53,241 nucleotides of DNA, from positions 1 through 53,241 of the IMG/VR virus record IMGVR_UViG_3300046804_001071. One strand, 5' to 3'. The notes beneath the pieces are model-generated. The model saw only the letters and a program-made list of their open reading frames with translations, did not search any database and was not told the DNA's origin. This DNA is from a virus. Its lineage: Duplodnaviria; Caudoviricetes. Below are positions 20,548-30,114 of the stretch, piece after piece; position 1 is the first letter of the stretch, and the number at the start of each line of letters is the position of its first letter. The position numbers and the translations under genes were made by a program.

Positions 20548-22365
20548 ATGACAAAAAGCTTAGATGGTGTTCGACTCGAACTAGTTGATAGCGTAGAAAA
20601 AGCTCAGGAGTTTATTTCCTGGCTTGGCGAGCGTCGCCCGTACAATGCTCTAGCTATTGATACTGAGACCGGAGAACTTCCTGGCAACCCGCGTGATCAC
20701 GCCCTTTCGCCTTGGCATGGACGTCTACGTCTAGTCCAGGTTGGCGATGGTATGACCGGCTGGTCTATCCCCTGGGATGACTGGAAGGGCGTCTTCTATG
20801 AAGCGATGGATAAGTTTGATGGTCCGCTAGTCTGCCACAACATTGCATTCGAAGCCCGTTGGTTTGATGTTCAATCAAGCTGGAAGATGCCTTGGCACCG
20901 TGCTCACGACACCATGATTATGGCTCACCTAATTGACCCACTTGGGTCTGGTGCTCTTAAGAATCTGACTTCTCGTTATGTAGACGCCAACGCTGCTCGC
21001 ATGCAGCAGGTCCTCGATGACGGTATGACCAAGAACGGATGGACCTGGGGAACGGTTCCTATGAACTTTCAGCCTTACTGGGCTTATGGTGCTCTTGACC
21101 CTGTCCTAACAATGCGCCTCTGGGAGATGTTCTGGGAGAAGTGCGGACCTGGTCAGCCTTACAGTAAGGCATACGAACTTGAAATGAACACCCGCCGCAT
21201 CGTTACCCGCATGGAGCTTAATGGTGCTCGTTTGGACCTTGACTACTCTAAGAAGAAGTATGACGAACTAGTCGCCTATACCGAGCAGGTTAAGGTCTGG
21301 GGCAAAGATAACTACGGAATTGCCATCACAAGTAACGCTCAGTTGGTGCGTGCGTTGGAGTCGCTAGGTGCTGAGATCACTCAGACTACTCCGTCTGGTG
21401 GGAAGTCAGCATCTGCTGACCAGCTAAAGATTCTAGTTCGCGACGGGTCTCCTGAAGTTCAGCAGCTGGCAGAGACTGTTCTAAAGCAGCGTAAAGCCGA
21501 CAAGCTGGCGTCTACCTACTTCTCAAACTTCATCAACGACAATGTGAATGGATTTGTTCACCCGTCTGTAAAGACCCTAGGTGCTCGCACTGGTCGTATG
21601 TCTATCCAGAACCCAGCACTTCAGACTCTACCTAAAGGTGACGATACTGTTCGCCGTGCGTTCCTGCCTAAGGATGACGACCACGTAATCATCACCTCTG
21701 ACCTCGACCAGGTCGAGTTCCGTATGTTCTCGTCCTTATCACAGGACCAGAACCTAATCAACCTATTCAATATGGCAGACGCCACTGGTTCAGATCCGTT
21801 CACCGAAATCGGTCGTGAAATCTACGCCGACCCTACAATGCAGAAGTCCGACAAGCGTCGTGGCCTGATCAAGGGTGTAGTTTATGGACGCCTCTATGGT
21901 GCTGGTGTTGCTAAGCAGGCTATTACTGCTGGTGTTCCAGAAGAACAGATGCGTGCAGTTTCAAATGCGTTCGACGAGCGATTCCCTGGAATGGCAATGT
22001 TCCAGAAGAAAGTTGAAGATGTTGGCATGCGCCGTCTAAAGTCCGAGGGCCAGGGTTACGTAAATACCTGGACCGGACGCCGACTACCTTGTGACGAAGA
22101 CCGCGTCTACACTCTTGTTAACTATCTAGTTCAGGGTGGTGCTGCCGAAGTGTTCAAGTCAAACCTAGTCAAGCTAGACCAGGCAGATCTGACCGAACTT
22201 TTAATCGTCCCTGTGCATGACGAAATCGTGCTCAATGCTCCGCGTAAGGATGCAGAAGAAGTTAAGCAACTTGTGCGTCAATGTATGACCACAACTGAAG
22301 GCTGGGCAGTTCCCCTAACTGCTGACGCCGATGGCCCTCTAGAAAACTGGGGAGAAAAGTACTAA
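20548..22365 (+). CDS. polA: DNA polymerase family A with 3'-5' exonuclease
   Basis: Exonuclease motifs IDTET, HNIAFE, HDTMI; polymerase motifs TGRMS, DLDQVEFR, KGVVYGRLYG, VHDEIV. Confidence 0.95.
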   Translation: MTKSLDGVRLELVDSVEKAQEFISWLGERRPYNALAIDTETGELPGNPRDHALSPWHGRLRLVQVGDGMTGWSIPWDDWKGVFYEAMDKFDGPLVCHNIAFEARWFDVQSSWKMPWHRAHDTMIMAHLIDPLGSGALKNLTSRYVDANAARMQQVLDDGMTKNGWTWGTVPMNFQPYWAYGALDPVLTMRLWEMFWEKCGPGQPYSKAYELEMNTRRIVTRMELNGARLDLDYSKKKYDELVAYTEQVKVWGKDNYGIAITSNAQLVRALESLGAEITQTTPSGGKSASADQLKILVRDGSPEVQQLAETVLKQRKADKLASTYFSNFINDNVNGFVHPSVKTLGARTGRMSIQNPALQTLPKGDDTVRRAFLPKDDDHVIITSDLDQVEFRMFSSLSQDQNLINLFNMADATGSDPFTEIGREIYADPTMQKSDKRRGLIKGVVYGRLYGAGVAKQAITAGVPEEQMRAVSNAFDERFPGMAMFQKKVEDVGMRRLKSEGQGYVNTWTGRRLPCDEDRVYTLVNYLVQGGAAEVFKSNLVKLDQADLTELLIVPVHDEIVLNAPRKDAEEVKQLVRQCMTTTEGWAVPLTADADGPLENWGEKY

Positions 22366-22835
22366 TGTCAAAACTCGTATTAGCAGTAGACCCTGGAAAA
22401 GCAAGTGGTATCGCTCTTTTCTCTTACATTGATGGCGAAGAGCCGGAACTTCTTTGGTCTGGTGAGTATCAGCAGGACGAGTATGCTCTACCTATCCGTA
22501 AAGCTATTGGCGACGCCATTATGCGTTCAATACCTATCGAGGTAGCCTGCGAGCGATTTACTATCAATGCTCAGACCGTCAAGAACTCTCAGGCTCCTTA
22601 CTCTCTCGAACAGATCGGAATTCTCAAGCAGTGCATGATGGATATCGGTATGAAGGCTGATGATATCTTCCTACAAGCACCTGCTGATGCAAAGGCCTTA
22701 TTCCCTAATCCAGCACTAAAGAAGCTCGGCTATTGGCACAAAGGTGGCGAAGGCCACGCACTCGATGCAATTCGCCACGGACTACTTCGACTTGTAAAAA
22801 GTGGATGGCGTCCTGTAGGATTGCTAGAAGATTAA
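22365..22835 (+). CDS. RuvC-like Holliday junction resolvase
   Basis: LAVDPGKASGIA, ACERF, HALDAIRH. Confidence 0.75.
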   Translation: MSKLVLAVDPGKASGIALFSYIDGEEPELLWSGEYQQDEYALPIRKAIGDAIMRSIPIEVACERFTINAQTVKNSQAPYSLEQIGILKQCMMDIGMKADDIFLQAPADAKALFPNPALKKLGYWHKGGEGHALDAIRHGLLRLVKSGWRPVGLLED

Positions 22836-22908
22836 AAAGTATTAGCAAAAATAAAACACAGCAGACTTTTTTTCTGCTAATATAAATATACAGAATGACG
22901 AAGGAGAT

Positions 22909-24708
22909 TTGATGTCGGTACATGTCGACCTAGACCCAGCAGGCGATCACATCATTATCAACGCTGAATGGCGTCTAAAAGAGCTATGCAAGAGCCTACC
23001 CGGAGCTTCATGGGATACTAAGGCTTCGCTTTGGCGTATCCCTCTATCCTGGGGTGGATGTCTCGCACTGCGTTCAACTTTCAAAGAGGACCTAGTGATT
23101 GGTCCCGGCCTTGCTGCCTGGGCTGCTAACGAAAAGGTTACCCGAATCGACCCAGCCAACGCACTTCGTGACGTAGACGTTCAAGAAGATGGCGACCAAG
23201 ACCTATTCCCGCACCAGCGTGCCGGAGTCGAGTTCCTATCTACCGCTCGTCGAGCACTGCTTGCAGACGAGCCTGGTCTAGGTAAGACTGCTCAGGCTAT
23301 TCGCTCACTTAAGAGACTGCACGACCGTGGCGAAGCAGTCTTTCCTGCTCTAATTGTCTGCCCTAACACTCTTAAGAAGAACTGGGAGCGTGAGTTTGAT
23401 AAGTGGTGGCCTGGTGTAAATGTGACTGTTATCAACGGTTCAGCTGCTCAGCGTCGTGCTCAGTTTGACCAGCAGTCTGATGTGATTGTGATCAACTGGG
23501 AGTCGCTACGCACTCACTCAAAGTTGTCGTCTTATGGTTCGATTGCCTTAGCTCGCTGCATTGAGTGTAAGGGACACGACTCTCGTATCACTCCAAGCCG
23601 CTGCGAAGTCCACCAGCGTGAGCTAAATGACATCGACTTTAAGTCTGTAATCGCTGACGAGATTCACCGTTCAAAAGACCCTAAGTCAAAGCAGAGCCGT
23701 GCACTTTGGGCAGCGACCGGAGACGCAGACATCCGCTTTGCATTGACCGGAACTCCTATTGCCAATAACGTAATTGATCTGTGGCCTATTCTTCACTGGT
23801 TGGAGCCTAAGGAGTGGCCTGGCCGTACCAAGTGGATTGACCGCATGATTGACACCATGATGAACGCTTTCGGTGGAATGATGGTTCTCGGCGTGAAGCC
23901 TCACATGGAGCAGGAGTTCTATGCTGCGATTAATCCTCGTATGCGCCGTATGCTCAAGTCCCGCGTGCTTCCTTGGCTTCCAGAGGTTATTACCGAGCGT
24001 CGCGATGTGGAGATGGGTGTCAAGCAGGCTAAGGCCTACAAGCAGATGCTCGAGCACATGATTACCATGCTTGAGACTGGCGACACCATTATGGCTGCTA
24101 ACCCTCTAACCCAGAGCCTGCGTCTTTTGCAGTTCGCTAGCTCGACCGCAGAGGTTACTGTAGACGAGGCTGGCCAGGAAAAAGTTATTTTGTCAGACCC
24201 GTCCTGTAAGGTAGATGCTCTGATGGATGATATGAAGAATGGCGACTTTGGCGATGACAGCGTGGCTGTCTGTGCTGTATCTCGTCAGCTAATTGAACTC
24301 CTAAGCGCACGACTAACAAAAGAGGGAATCGATCACGGGCTAATCACTGGTGCTCAGGACCAGGATGAGCGTCAGAAGGCTATCGATGACTTCCAATCTG
24401 GCAAGACAAAGTGGATTCTTTTCACTGCTCAGGCTGGCGGTGTCGGTGTCACCTTGACAACTGCTCGCCGTCTTGTTATGCTACAACGACCATGGTCTTT
24501 AGTCGACTACAAGCAGGCTCTAGATCGAGTACACCGAATCGGTTCTGAAATTCACGACTGCGTGATCATTACTGACTACGTTACTGAAAACACAATTGAA
24601 GAACGAGTTATCCAGGCCCTAGATACTAAGGCCGACAACTTTGAGCAGATTGTTCGCGATAAAGAGCAGCTACTCAAGATGCTAAAAGAAAGCAAGGTTT
24701 CAAAATAA
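22909..24708 (+). CDS. SNF2-family helicase
   Basis: LLADEPGLGKT, DEIH, LTGTPI, GVGVTLT, QALDRVHRIG. Confidence 0.93.
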   Translation: MMSVHVDLDPAGDHIIINAEWRLKELCKSLPGASWDTKASLWRIPLSWGGCLALRSTFKEDLVIGPGLAAWAANEKVTRIDPANALRDVDVQEDGDQDLFPHQRAGVEFLSTARRALLADEPGLGKTAQAIRSLKRLHDRGEAVFPALIVCPNTLKKNWEREFDKWWPGVNVTVINGSAAQRRAQFDQQSDVIVINWESLRTHSKLSSYGSIALARCIECKGHDSRITPSRCEVHQRELNDIDFKSVIADEIHRSKDPKSKQSRALWAATGDADIRFALTGTPIANNVIDLWPILHWLEPKEWPGRTKWIDRMIDTMMNAFGGMMVLGVKPHMEQEFYAAINPRMRRMLKSRVLPWLPEVITERRDVEMGVKQAKAYKQMLEHMITMLETGDTIMAANPLTQSLRLLQFASSTAEVTVDEAGQEKVILSDPSCKVDALMDDMKNGDFGDDSVAVCAVSRQLIELLSARLTKEGIDHGLITGAQDQDERQKAIDDFQSGKTKWILFTAQAGGVGVTLTTARRLVMLQRPWSLVDYKQALDRVHRIGSEIHDCVIITDYVTENTIEERVIQALDTKADNFEQIVRDKEQLLKMLKESKVSK

Positions 24709-25664
24709 TGACAACCGAAAACGACGAAACGACTCCAGCTCCGATTCGTATCTCTAACTCAGAGATTCAGACATTCAAGGACTGCCGTCGTCGCTGGTGG
24801 TTTACCTACTACCGTCGCCTACAGCCAAAGGTTCAGAACTACACCGGCGCATTGGCACTAGGTTCTCGTATCCACGAGGCTCTAGACCGCCACTATTCGA
24901 CCGGTCAGGACTTGCTAGAGGCTCACGCCGACCTAGTTGCAGCCGACATGAAGACTCTGACTGACGCCTACCGCGACACAACGGAGTTGGAGACCGAGGC
25001 AGAGCTTGGTCGAGTTATGCTGGAAGGCTACCTAGAATGGGTAGAGATCGAAGGCATTGACTCGGATCTCGAAATGATCTCCACTGAAGAGATTATTGAG
25101 CGTCCTATGCTAAATGGTCGTGTAACACTTCAGGGAAAGATCGATATGCGTGTTCGTCGTAAGATTGACGGCGTTCGTATGTTCCGTGACTTCAAGACTG
25201 TCGGAGGTTCATTCTCTGACTTCGGGTCTACCGCCCACATGAACGAGCAGATTCTGACCTACATGGTTCTAGAAGAAGCTCAAAACAAGGATGGTGAACG
25301 ATCCGAGGGAGGTATCTTTACGATGCTTCGCAAGGTAAAGCGTGGTGCTTATGCAAAGCCACCATTCTACGGACAGATTGAGGTCCGCCACAATGCTTTT
25401 GCACTTCGTTCGTTCTGGCAACGCCTAGAGGGGACGCTAGAGGACATGATGCGTGTGCGTGATGGTCTGGATGCAGGTGAGAGCCACTACAAGCTCGCCT
25501 ACCCAAAGCCATCTCGTGACTGCAAGTGGAAGTGCCAATTCTTCGCTATTTGCCCGCTGGTTGACGATGGTTCGGCAGCTGAAGCAGCGATTAGCGATGC
25601 GTTTGAGTCAAAAGACCCATACGGTTATTATGGAATCACCGAAGAGAAGAAAGGAAATGAGTAA
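24708..25664 (+). CDS. PD-(D/E)XK Cas4/RecB-like exonuclease
   Basis: ISNSEIQTFKDCRRRWW, GKID, DFKT, CKWKCQFFAIC. Confidence 0.85.
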   Translation: MTTENDETTPAPIRISNSEIQTFKDCRRRWWFTYYRRLQPKVQNYTGALALGSRIHEALDRHYSTGQDLLEAHADLVAADMKTLTDAYRDTTELETEAELGRVMLEGYLEWVEIEGIDSDLEMISTEEIIERPMLNGRVTLQGKIDMRVRRKIDGVRMFRDFKTVGGSFSDFGSTAHMNEQILTYMVLEEAQNKDGERSEGGIFTMLRKVKRGAYAKPPFYGQIEVRHNAFALRSFWQRLEGTLEDMMRVRDGLDAGESHYKLAYPKPSRDCKWKCQFFAICPLVDDGSAAEAAISDAFESKDPYGYYGITEEKKGNE

Positions 25665-25666
25665 GC

Positions 25667-26443
25667 ATGTCTGAAGTCGATCGCAGCTTAACCTTGATGG
25701 TTTATGGCGAATCTAAAGTCGGCAAGTCAACTTTTGCCGTTACAGCACCTTACCCACGCCTGATGCTCGATGTTGAGGGAGGCCACCGCTTCCTACCAAT
25801 CAACGTCAAGTATTGGGACCCAATTCGCGAAGAGCCGCCTGTAGCAGACGGCACCTGGGACACAGTAGTTGTTCAGGTTCGCGATTACGATGTCGTTATG
25901 AAAGCCTTCCAGTGGCTTCAGAGCGGTAAGCACCAGTTCAAGTCACTTATCATTGACTCCATTTCGGAGCTTCAGGTAAAGTGCATGGACAACATCGCTG
26001 GCACAGAGCAGATGAAGATGCAACAGTGGGGCGAGCTACTTCGCCACATGGGTGCTCTTCTTCGTGACCTCCGTGACCTAACGATGCACCCAACTCAGCC
26101 TCTGGAGGCTGTAGTCCTAACTGCTATGGCTCGTAAGGGTCAGGATGGCGTATACCGTCCTTATCTTCAGGGTCAGCTTGCAATTCAGGCTCCATACTTC
26201 TATGATGTACTTGGAGCAATTACTGTGGAGACGGTCCCAAACCCGGATCCAATGCAGGCACCATACAAGGTTCGTCGTATGTACGTCGAGCGCACGCCAG
26301 AGTATGAAGCTGGTGAGCGTGTACAAGGACGCCTTGGCAAAGTCGTCGAGCAGCAAGACCTCGGGGTCGAGCGTATGCTAGACATGGTTTTCGGAGAGAA
26401 GACCAAAAAATCAACAACAACAACAACTAAGAAAGAAGGTTAG
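25667..26443 (+). CDS. AAA_24 / Sak4-like recombination ATPase
   Basis: Walker A YGESKVGKST; LDVEGG; IIDSISE; lies between the exonuclease and SSB. Confidence 0.85.
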   Translation: MSEVDRSLTLMVYGESKVGKSTFAVTAPYPRLMLDVEGGHRFLPINVKYWDPIREEPPVADGTWDTVVVQVRDYDVVMKAFQWLQSGKHQFKSLIIDSISELQVKCMDNIAGTEQMKMQQWGELLRHMGALLRDLRDLTMHPTQPLEAVVLTAMARKGQDGVYRPYLQGQLAIQAPYFYDVLGAITVETVPNPDPMQAPYKVRRMYVERTPEYEAGERVQGRLGKVVEQQDLGVERMLDMVFGEKTKKSTTTTTKKEG

Positions 26444-26451
26444 TCACAGCC

Positions 26452-27015
26452 ATGTCATCTGTTAACTGGTCAGACCTAATCAAGGAAGCTGGCGACTCGT
26501 CGACCAACTTCGAACCACTGCCAGACGGCGATTACGAACTAAAGGTAATCGACTCGAAGGCAACCACTACCCAGACGGGTAAGACAATGTTCAAGATCAC
26601 CACTGAAGTTCAGGGTGGTCCACACGCTAAGCGTCGCGTATGGGACAACCTAGTTGTCTCGCCTGAAAACGGCAAGGCTCTTGGTATGTTCTTTATGAAG
26701 ATGACTGCCCTTGGTTTGGGTAAGACCTACTTCGACCAGAACCCAAGCAACGCTCAGATTGAGCAGGCTCTTATGGGTCGTTCGTTCCGTGCAACTCTAG
26801 GAACCAAAACCTACAACGGCAACCGCAGCAACGAGATCAAGCAGTATCACGTTATCCGCGCAGAGGCAGACGCTGCTTTTGCAGCAGCTGCTTCGGCTCC
26901 TGCTCCTGCTCCAGCCCCTGCTGCTCCTGTAGCCGCAGCTCCGGCTCCAGCTCCTGCTCCAGCTCCGGCTCCAGCACCTGCTGCCCCTGTTACCTCGGAC
27001 GACGCTCCGTTCTAA
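26452..27015 (+). CDS. Single-stranded DNA-binding protein (DUF669-like)
   Basis: FEPLPDGDYEL, RRVWDNLV, Ala-Pro linker, acidic tail DDAPF. Confidence 0.82.
   Translation: MSSVNWSDLIKEAGDSSTNFEPLPDGDYELKVIDSKATTTQTGKTMFKITTEVQGGPHAKRRVWDNLVVSPENGKALGMFFMKMTALGLGKTYFDQNPSNAQIEQALMGRSFRATLGTKTYNGNRSNEIKQYHVIRAEADAAFAAAASAPAPAPAPAAPVAAAPAPAPAPAPAPAPAAPVTSDDAPF
26893..26986 (+). repeat. GCTCCN hexamer repeats encoding the (Ala-Pro)n linker of SSB
   Basis: gctcctgctcctgctccagcccct...gctccggctccagctcct. Confidence 0.7.
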
Positions 27016-27030
27016 TAGGTATGTAATGTA

Positions 27031-27060
27031 GTAGTGGGGCATCGAAAGGTGCCCCACTAT
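27031..27060 (+). terminator. Hairpin terminator after SSB
   Basis: GTAGTGGGGCATC-GAAA-GGTGCCCCACTAT. Confidence 0.75.
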
Positions 27061-27079
27061 TCACATCGAAAGGAAAACT

Positions 27080-28111
27080 ATGAAAGTACTATTCACCGGA
27101 ATGGCCTCGTCCCATGCCAAGCCTTCTTCTGCCAGTACAACCTTTTTTAGCGTCTTATCTCAGCGGGTGGATGCTGTAGTTGATGATGTCGAATGGAAAT
27201 CTCCTAGCCTAACCTGGAGTAAGGACTACCTAGAGCAGTATGACGCTATTTTTGTTGGTATGCTGCCACCAACTAGCCTTAGTGCAAACAAACTTTACGG
27301 GGCTATGCATGTAATCAACCTAATGTTTGATTCTCCTAAACTTAATCTTGTTCTTGATCACCCTCAGCTGTGGCAATATAAGCATGGATTTAATGCCATT
27401 GACCGCTCTGTAGAGAATGTATTTGGCGGCTTCTATGCCAAGAGAAGTGAATTTTCTTTGGCTAAAGACTCGTACTCTAAGAGTATCGTCGGGGCTAATG
27501 CAAAACTTCTCACGAAGAAGTGGCCTAGAACTTTATATCCTAGCCTTCCTTGGAAGGTAACTCGACCTATAGATAAGTTTCTAGGTCTATACGCGGAGCA
27601 GAGCCTGACGGGCCTTAACTTTGATTCTTGGTTGTTGGATGGGATTGAATACAATCCTTTGGCCTCGCATGAAGCCCGATGGGTAGTTGACCACCCTAAC
27701 TCTACGTGGTCTAAGTCTATCTCTAAGCTCCTAGAGCTTCCTATTTCTCCTCTATCAACTAAGACCCGCTCGACTGACGCCGAGGCTTTGTCGGCTATTC
27801 AGGATGCGGCTGGTCTACTATTCTCGCCTCAGGACCGCGGAGTTGGGGGCTGGTGGTCGTATCGACTCGTCCAGGCTATCGCCAGCGGAACATTTGTTAT
27901 GTCTGATTGGAAGGAAACAGGGGTTCTAGGTCCAGAGTGGAATCTGCTTGGATATGACTGGGAATCTCTGCCAAAATCTGATAAGCTAGCTGTAGCTGAT
28001 GCTCAGCGGGAGTCTTACTCTAATTCAATTCCAAGTAAATCTGATTCGGAGAACTCTCTGAGTCTAATTCTAGAAAGCTCTCAGAAAGGAGAGAAGAATG
28101 CCCGAAGTTAA
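27080..28111 (+). CDS. Putative GT-B fold glycosyltransferase
   Basis: MKVLFTG start, YDAIFVG, and C-terminal GWWSYRLVQAIASGTFV resembling a GT-B nucleotide-sugar binding region. Confidence 0.45.
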   Translation: MKVLFTGMASSHAKPSSASTTFFSVLSQRVDAVVDDVEWKSPSLTWSKDYLEQYDAIFVGMLPPTSLSANKLYGAMHVINLMFDSPKLNLVLDHPQLWQYKHGFNAIDRSVENVFGGFYAKRSEFSLAKDSYSKSIVGANAKLLTKKWPRTLYPSLPWKVTRPIDKFLGLYAEQSLTGLNFDSWLLDGIEYNPLASHEARWVVDHPNSTWSKSISKLLELPISPLSTKTRSTDAEALSAIQDAAGLLFSPQDRGVGGWWSYRLVQAIASGTFVMSDWKETGVLGPEWNLLGYDWESLPKSDKLAVADAQRESYSNSIPSKSDSENSLSLILESSQKGEKNARS

Positions 28112-28526
28112 TTTTGACTGGGTCCGTCAACAACTACAAGAAGCTCAGGCTAAGGTGGGTGCTGGCAATGCTGTGATTGAACTACTTAAGGTCTGGAGCG
28201 AGCAGAGCAAGCTCTCGGATAAAGGTGCTCGTGAAGCAGTAGAAATGTTTAGCAAACTTGCACTTGGTGTAGTCCTGGTAGAGCCTGCTGAAGCTACAAA
28301 TGAAGTCTGGGTTCCGGCTCAGCCTGGTCAGATTGTAGTTGGCGATGAAGTTCGTGTACTAAAAGACGCTTTCTCGGATAAAGTTGGCGTTACCCACAAC
28401 GGGCGTCGTGGAAGAGTTATTGCTATCCGCTACGGAGATGTAATTTTCAAGTCCACTGATGGAAAAGATCCTGAACTTAGCGGCGTCCACTATTCTCCTT
28501 ACAAACTAGAAAAGCGAATTCGATAA
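28098..28526 (+). CDS. Hypothetical protein with a C-terminal SH3/KOW-like barrel
   Basis: VGDEVRV...NGRRGRVIAIRYGDVIF; SD AGGAGAG. Confidence 0.6.
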   Translation: MPEVNFDWVRQQLQEAQAKVGAGNAVIELLKVWSEQSKLSDKGAREAVEMFSKLALGVVLVEPAEATNEVWVPAQPGQIVVGDEVRVLKDAFSDKVGVTHNGRRGRVIAIRYGDVIFKSTDGKDPELSGVHYSPYKLEKRIR

Positions 28527-28750
28527 TGCGTACATCATTTGAACTAAAGTATTCTGCCTCTGACTACGAAGAAGCAAGAAAAGCAGCCAATCTTCATATC
28601 AGCCAGTTTCTAGGCATTCCTTCGGGATTGGTTGAGGACAAGGTTGATGTTGAACTTAAGGTGGAACTAGTCGAAGACAACTTCCAAGTAACTGCTTTTG
28701 GAAAAGTAAAAGCAAATTCATTTACTTTTGGTGTTGACAAGACTAGCTAA
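28526..28750 (+). CDS. Hypothetical protein
   Basis: TAATG-coupled ORF. Confidence 0.6.
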   Translation: MRTSFELKYSASDYEEARKAANLHISQFLGIPSGLVEDKVDVELKVELVEDNFQVTAFGKVKANSFTFGVDKTS

Positions 28751-28768
28751 TCATAGTACTATCAAATC
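28734..28768 (+). promoter_or_regulatory. SigA-type promoter, leaderless
   Basis: TTGACA-N17-TACTAT, then 6 nt, then ATG 28769. Confidence 0.8.
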
Positions 28769-29260
28769 ATGCAAACATTTGTACCTATGACATCTAGCTT
28801 CTCCGATATCGCTAAGGTTCTTGACCGACAGCGTCTTAACAAGCAGGCCCTTGAGGGCTGGCAGATTCTTATGACTCTGCTCGAGCTTGACCCGCAGGGT
28901 AATCACCGTGTCCCCAAAGGCTGGGCTAATCACCCTGCTGTCAAAATGTGGCGTGGTCACGAGATGGCCTTATACCTATACATCGAAGACATGGTAACTG
29001 AGTGGAAGCAGCGTGGATATAAGTCCACTATTGCTGATAAAGCCCATGCCACAATCATGCAGGCAATCAAGCTGGGTCTTGTTGAGCCTGGTGTTGTTAC
29101 TTATCCTGATTGGATTGAGGACCACCACCAGTACAGCGAGATCGCATCTAGCCACCGTACTGCTCTTCTTAATAAGGATTACGAGTGGTATTCACAGTTT
29201 GGCTGGGACGAGGACCCTGGAAAGCGTCCAGAGTCTTATGACTATGTTTGGCCTGTGTAA
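28769..29260 (+). CDS. Pyrimidine-dimer DNA glycosylase / endonuclease V-like protein (MSMEG_6728 family)
   Basis: MQTFVP...LDRQRLNKQALE...GWANHPAVKMWRG...EWKQRGY...SHRTALLNKD. Confidence 0.85.
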   Translation: MQTFVPMTSSFSDIAKVLDRQRLNKQALEGWQILMTLLELDPQGNHRVPKGWANHPAVKMWRGHEMALYLYIEDMVTEWKQRGYKSTIADKAHATIMQAIKLGLVEPGVVTYPDWIEDHHQYSEIASSHRTALLNKDYEWYSQFGWDEDPGKRPESYDYVWPV

Positions 29261-29318
29261 TTTGTAATTTACGGTAGTTCTTACACCAAAAAAGGGATTC
29301 GTCAAGTAAAATCTTTCT

Positions 29319-29660
29319 ATGAAAGATTTAAGAAAAGGCGAGTCCCTTTGGTTTATCTGGGATGGTTCTCCTAAGGAGGACGTGTCGCCTGACTCTTTAA
29401 TCTTCTACACTGAAGAACACATCAACATAGAAGAAGAAGTTGTAAAGCGTGCATTAGCCTCTTCTCTGCAAAGAGAAGGTCTGGTTCCATCGCTTGGAGC
29501 TGGTTTTTCTATTATTGATTCATCCACTAATGGTCATGGGTATATGAACGTTGGGGTTGATTTTCTGGTTTTTTGTGATGAAGATGGCCTAACTACAAAT
29601 GGAGATGTTGTGTCCGAAATAGTACCTATCACCTGGGTGGAGATTAAAGAAGTTGATTGA
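29319..29660 (+). CDS. Acidic hypothetical protein (leaderless)
   Basis: TAAAAT(29307)-N6-ATG. Confidence 0.6.
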   Translation: MKDLRKGESLWFIWDGSPKEDVSPDSLIFYTEEHINIEEEVVKRALASSLQREGLVPSLGAGFSIIDSSTNGHGYMNVGVDFLVFCDEDGLTTNGDVVSEIVPITWVEIKEVD

Positions 29661-30114
29661 ACCTGAAGACTGGCAATTTGATGCCGAATGCGCCAAACCT
29701 GAAAATGAAGAATTTGTAGAAAACTTTTTTGCAAATAAAGCATCTCAGCAGCATAAGGCTCTGAAGATATGTGCTGAATGTCCAGTTAGGGCCATGTGTT
29801 TACAATGGTCTTTAGAGACTAAACAAGTATGGGGAATCTGGGGAGGGCTAAACTATAAGCAGCTCAGACGCACGCTTTCCGTTAACTGGGAGGGTCAGGA
29901 GATGCGTCATAATCGATTCCCTCTCTGTCCTTACTGCAAAGCAAAGACTAGCTCTCTTGAGTCTAAAACTATAAGTAGGCCTAATGGTGGACGCTGGTCG
30001 ACTATGAAGGTTGTTGAGTGTAAAGATTGCTCATTTAGTTGGCAGAGTAGAACAAGTGCGAATGCTGTTGAGGCATACCACTCTCAGGAATCTCGTAAAA
30101 AGAAACCTAATTAA
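29653..30114 (+). CDS. whiB: WhiB-family transcription factor fused to a zinc ribbon
   Basis: AEC...FF...ICAECPVRAMC...GIWGG, followed by CPYC...CKDC. Confidence 0.85.
   Translation: MIEPEDWQFDAECAKPENEEFVENFFANKASQQHKALKICAECPVRAMCLQWSLETKQVWGIWGGLNYKQLRRTLSVNWEGQEMRHNRFPLCPYCKAKTSSLESKTISRPNGGRWSTMKVVECKDCSFSWQSRTSANAVEAYHSQESRKKKPN

Noticed and set aside
24708-25664. Cas4 as evidence for a CRISPR-Cas system
   Set aside because: Standalone phage recombination exonuclease beside a Sak4-like ATPase and SSB; no cas1/cas2 or array.
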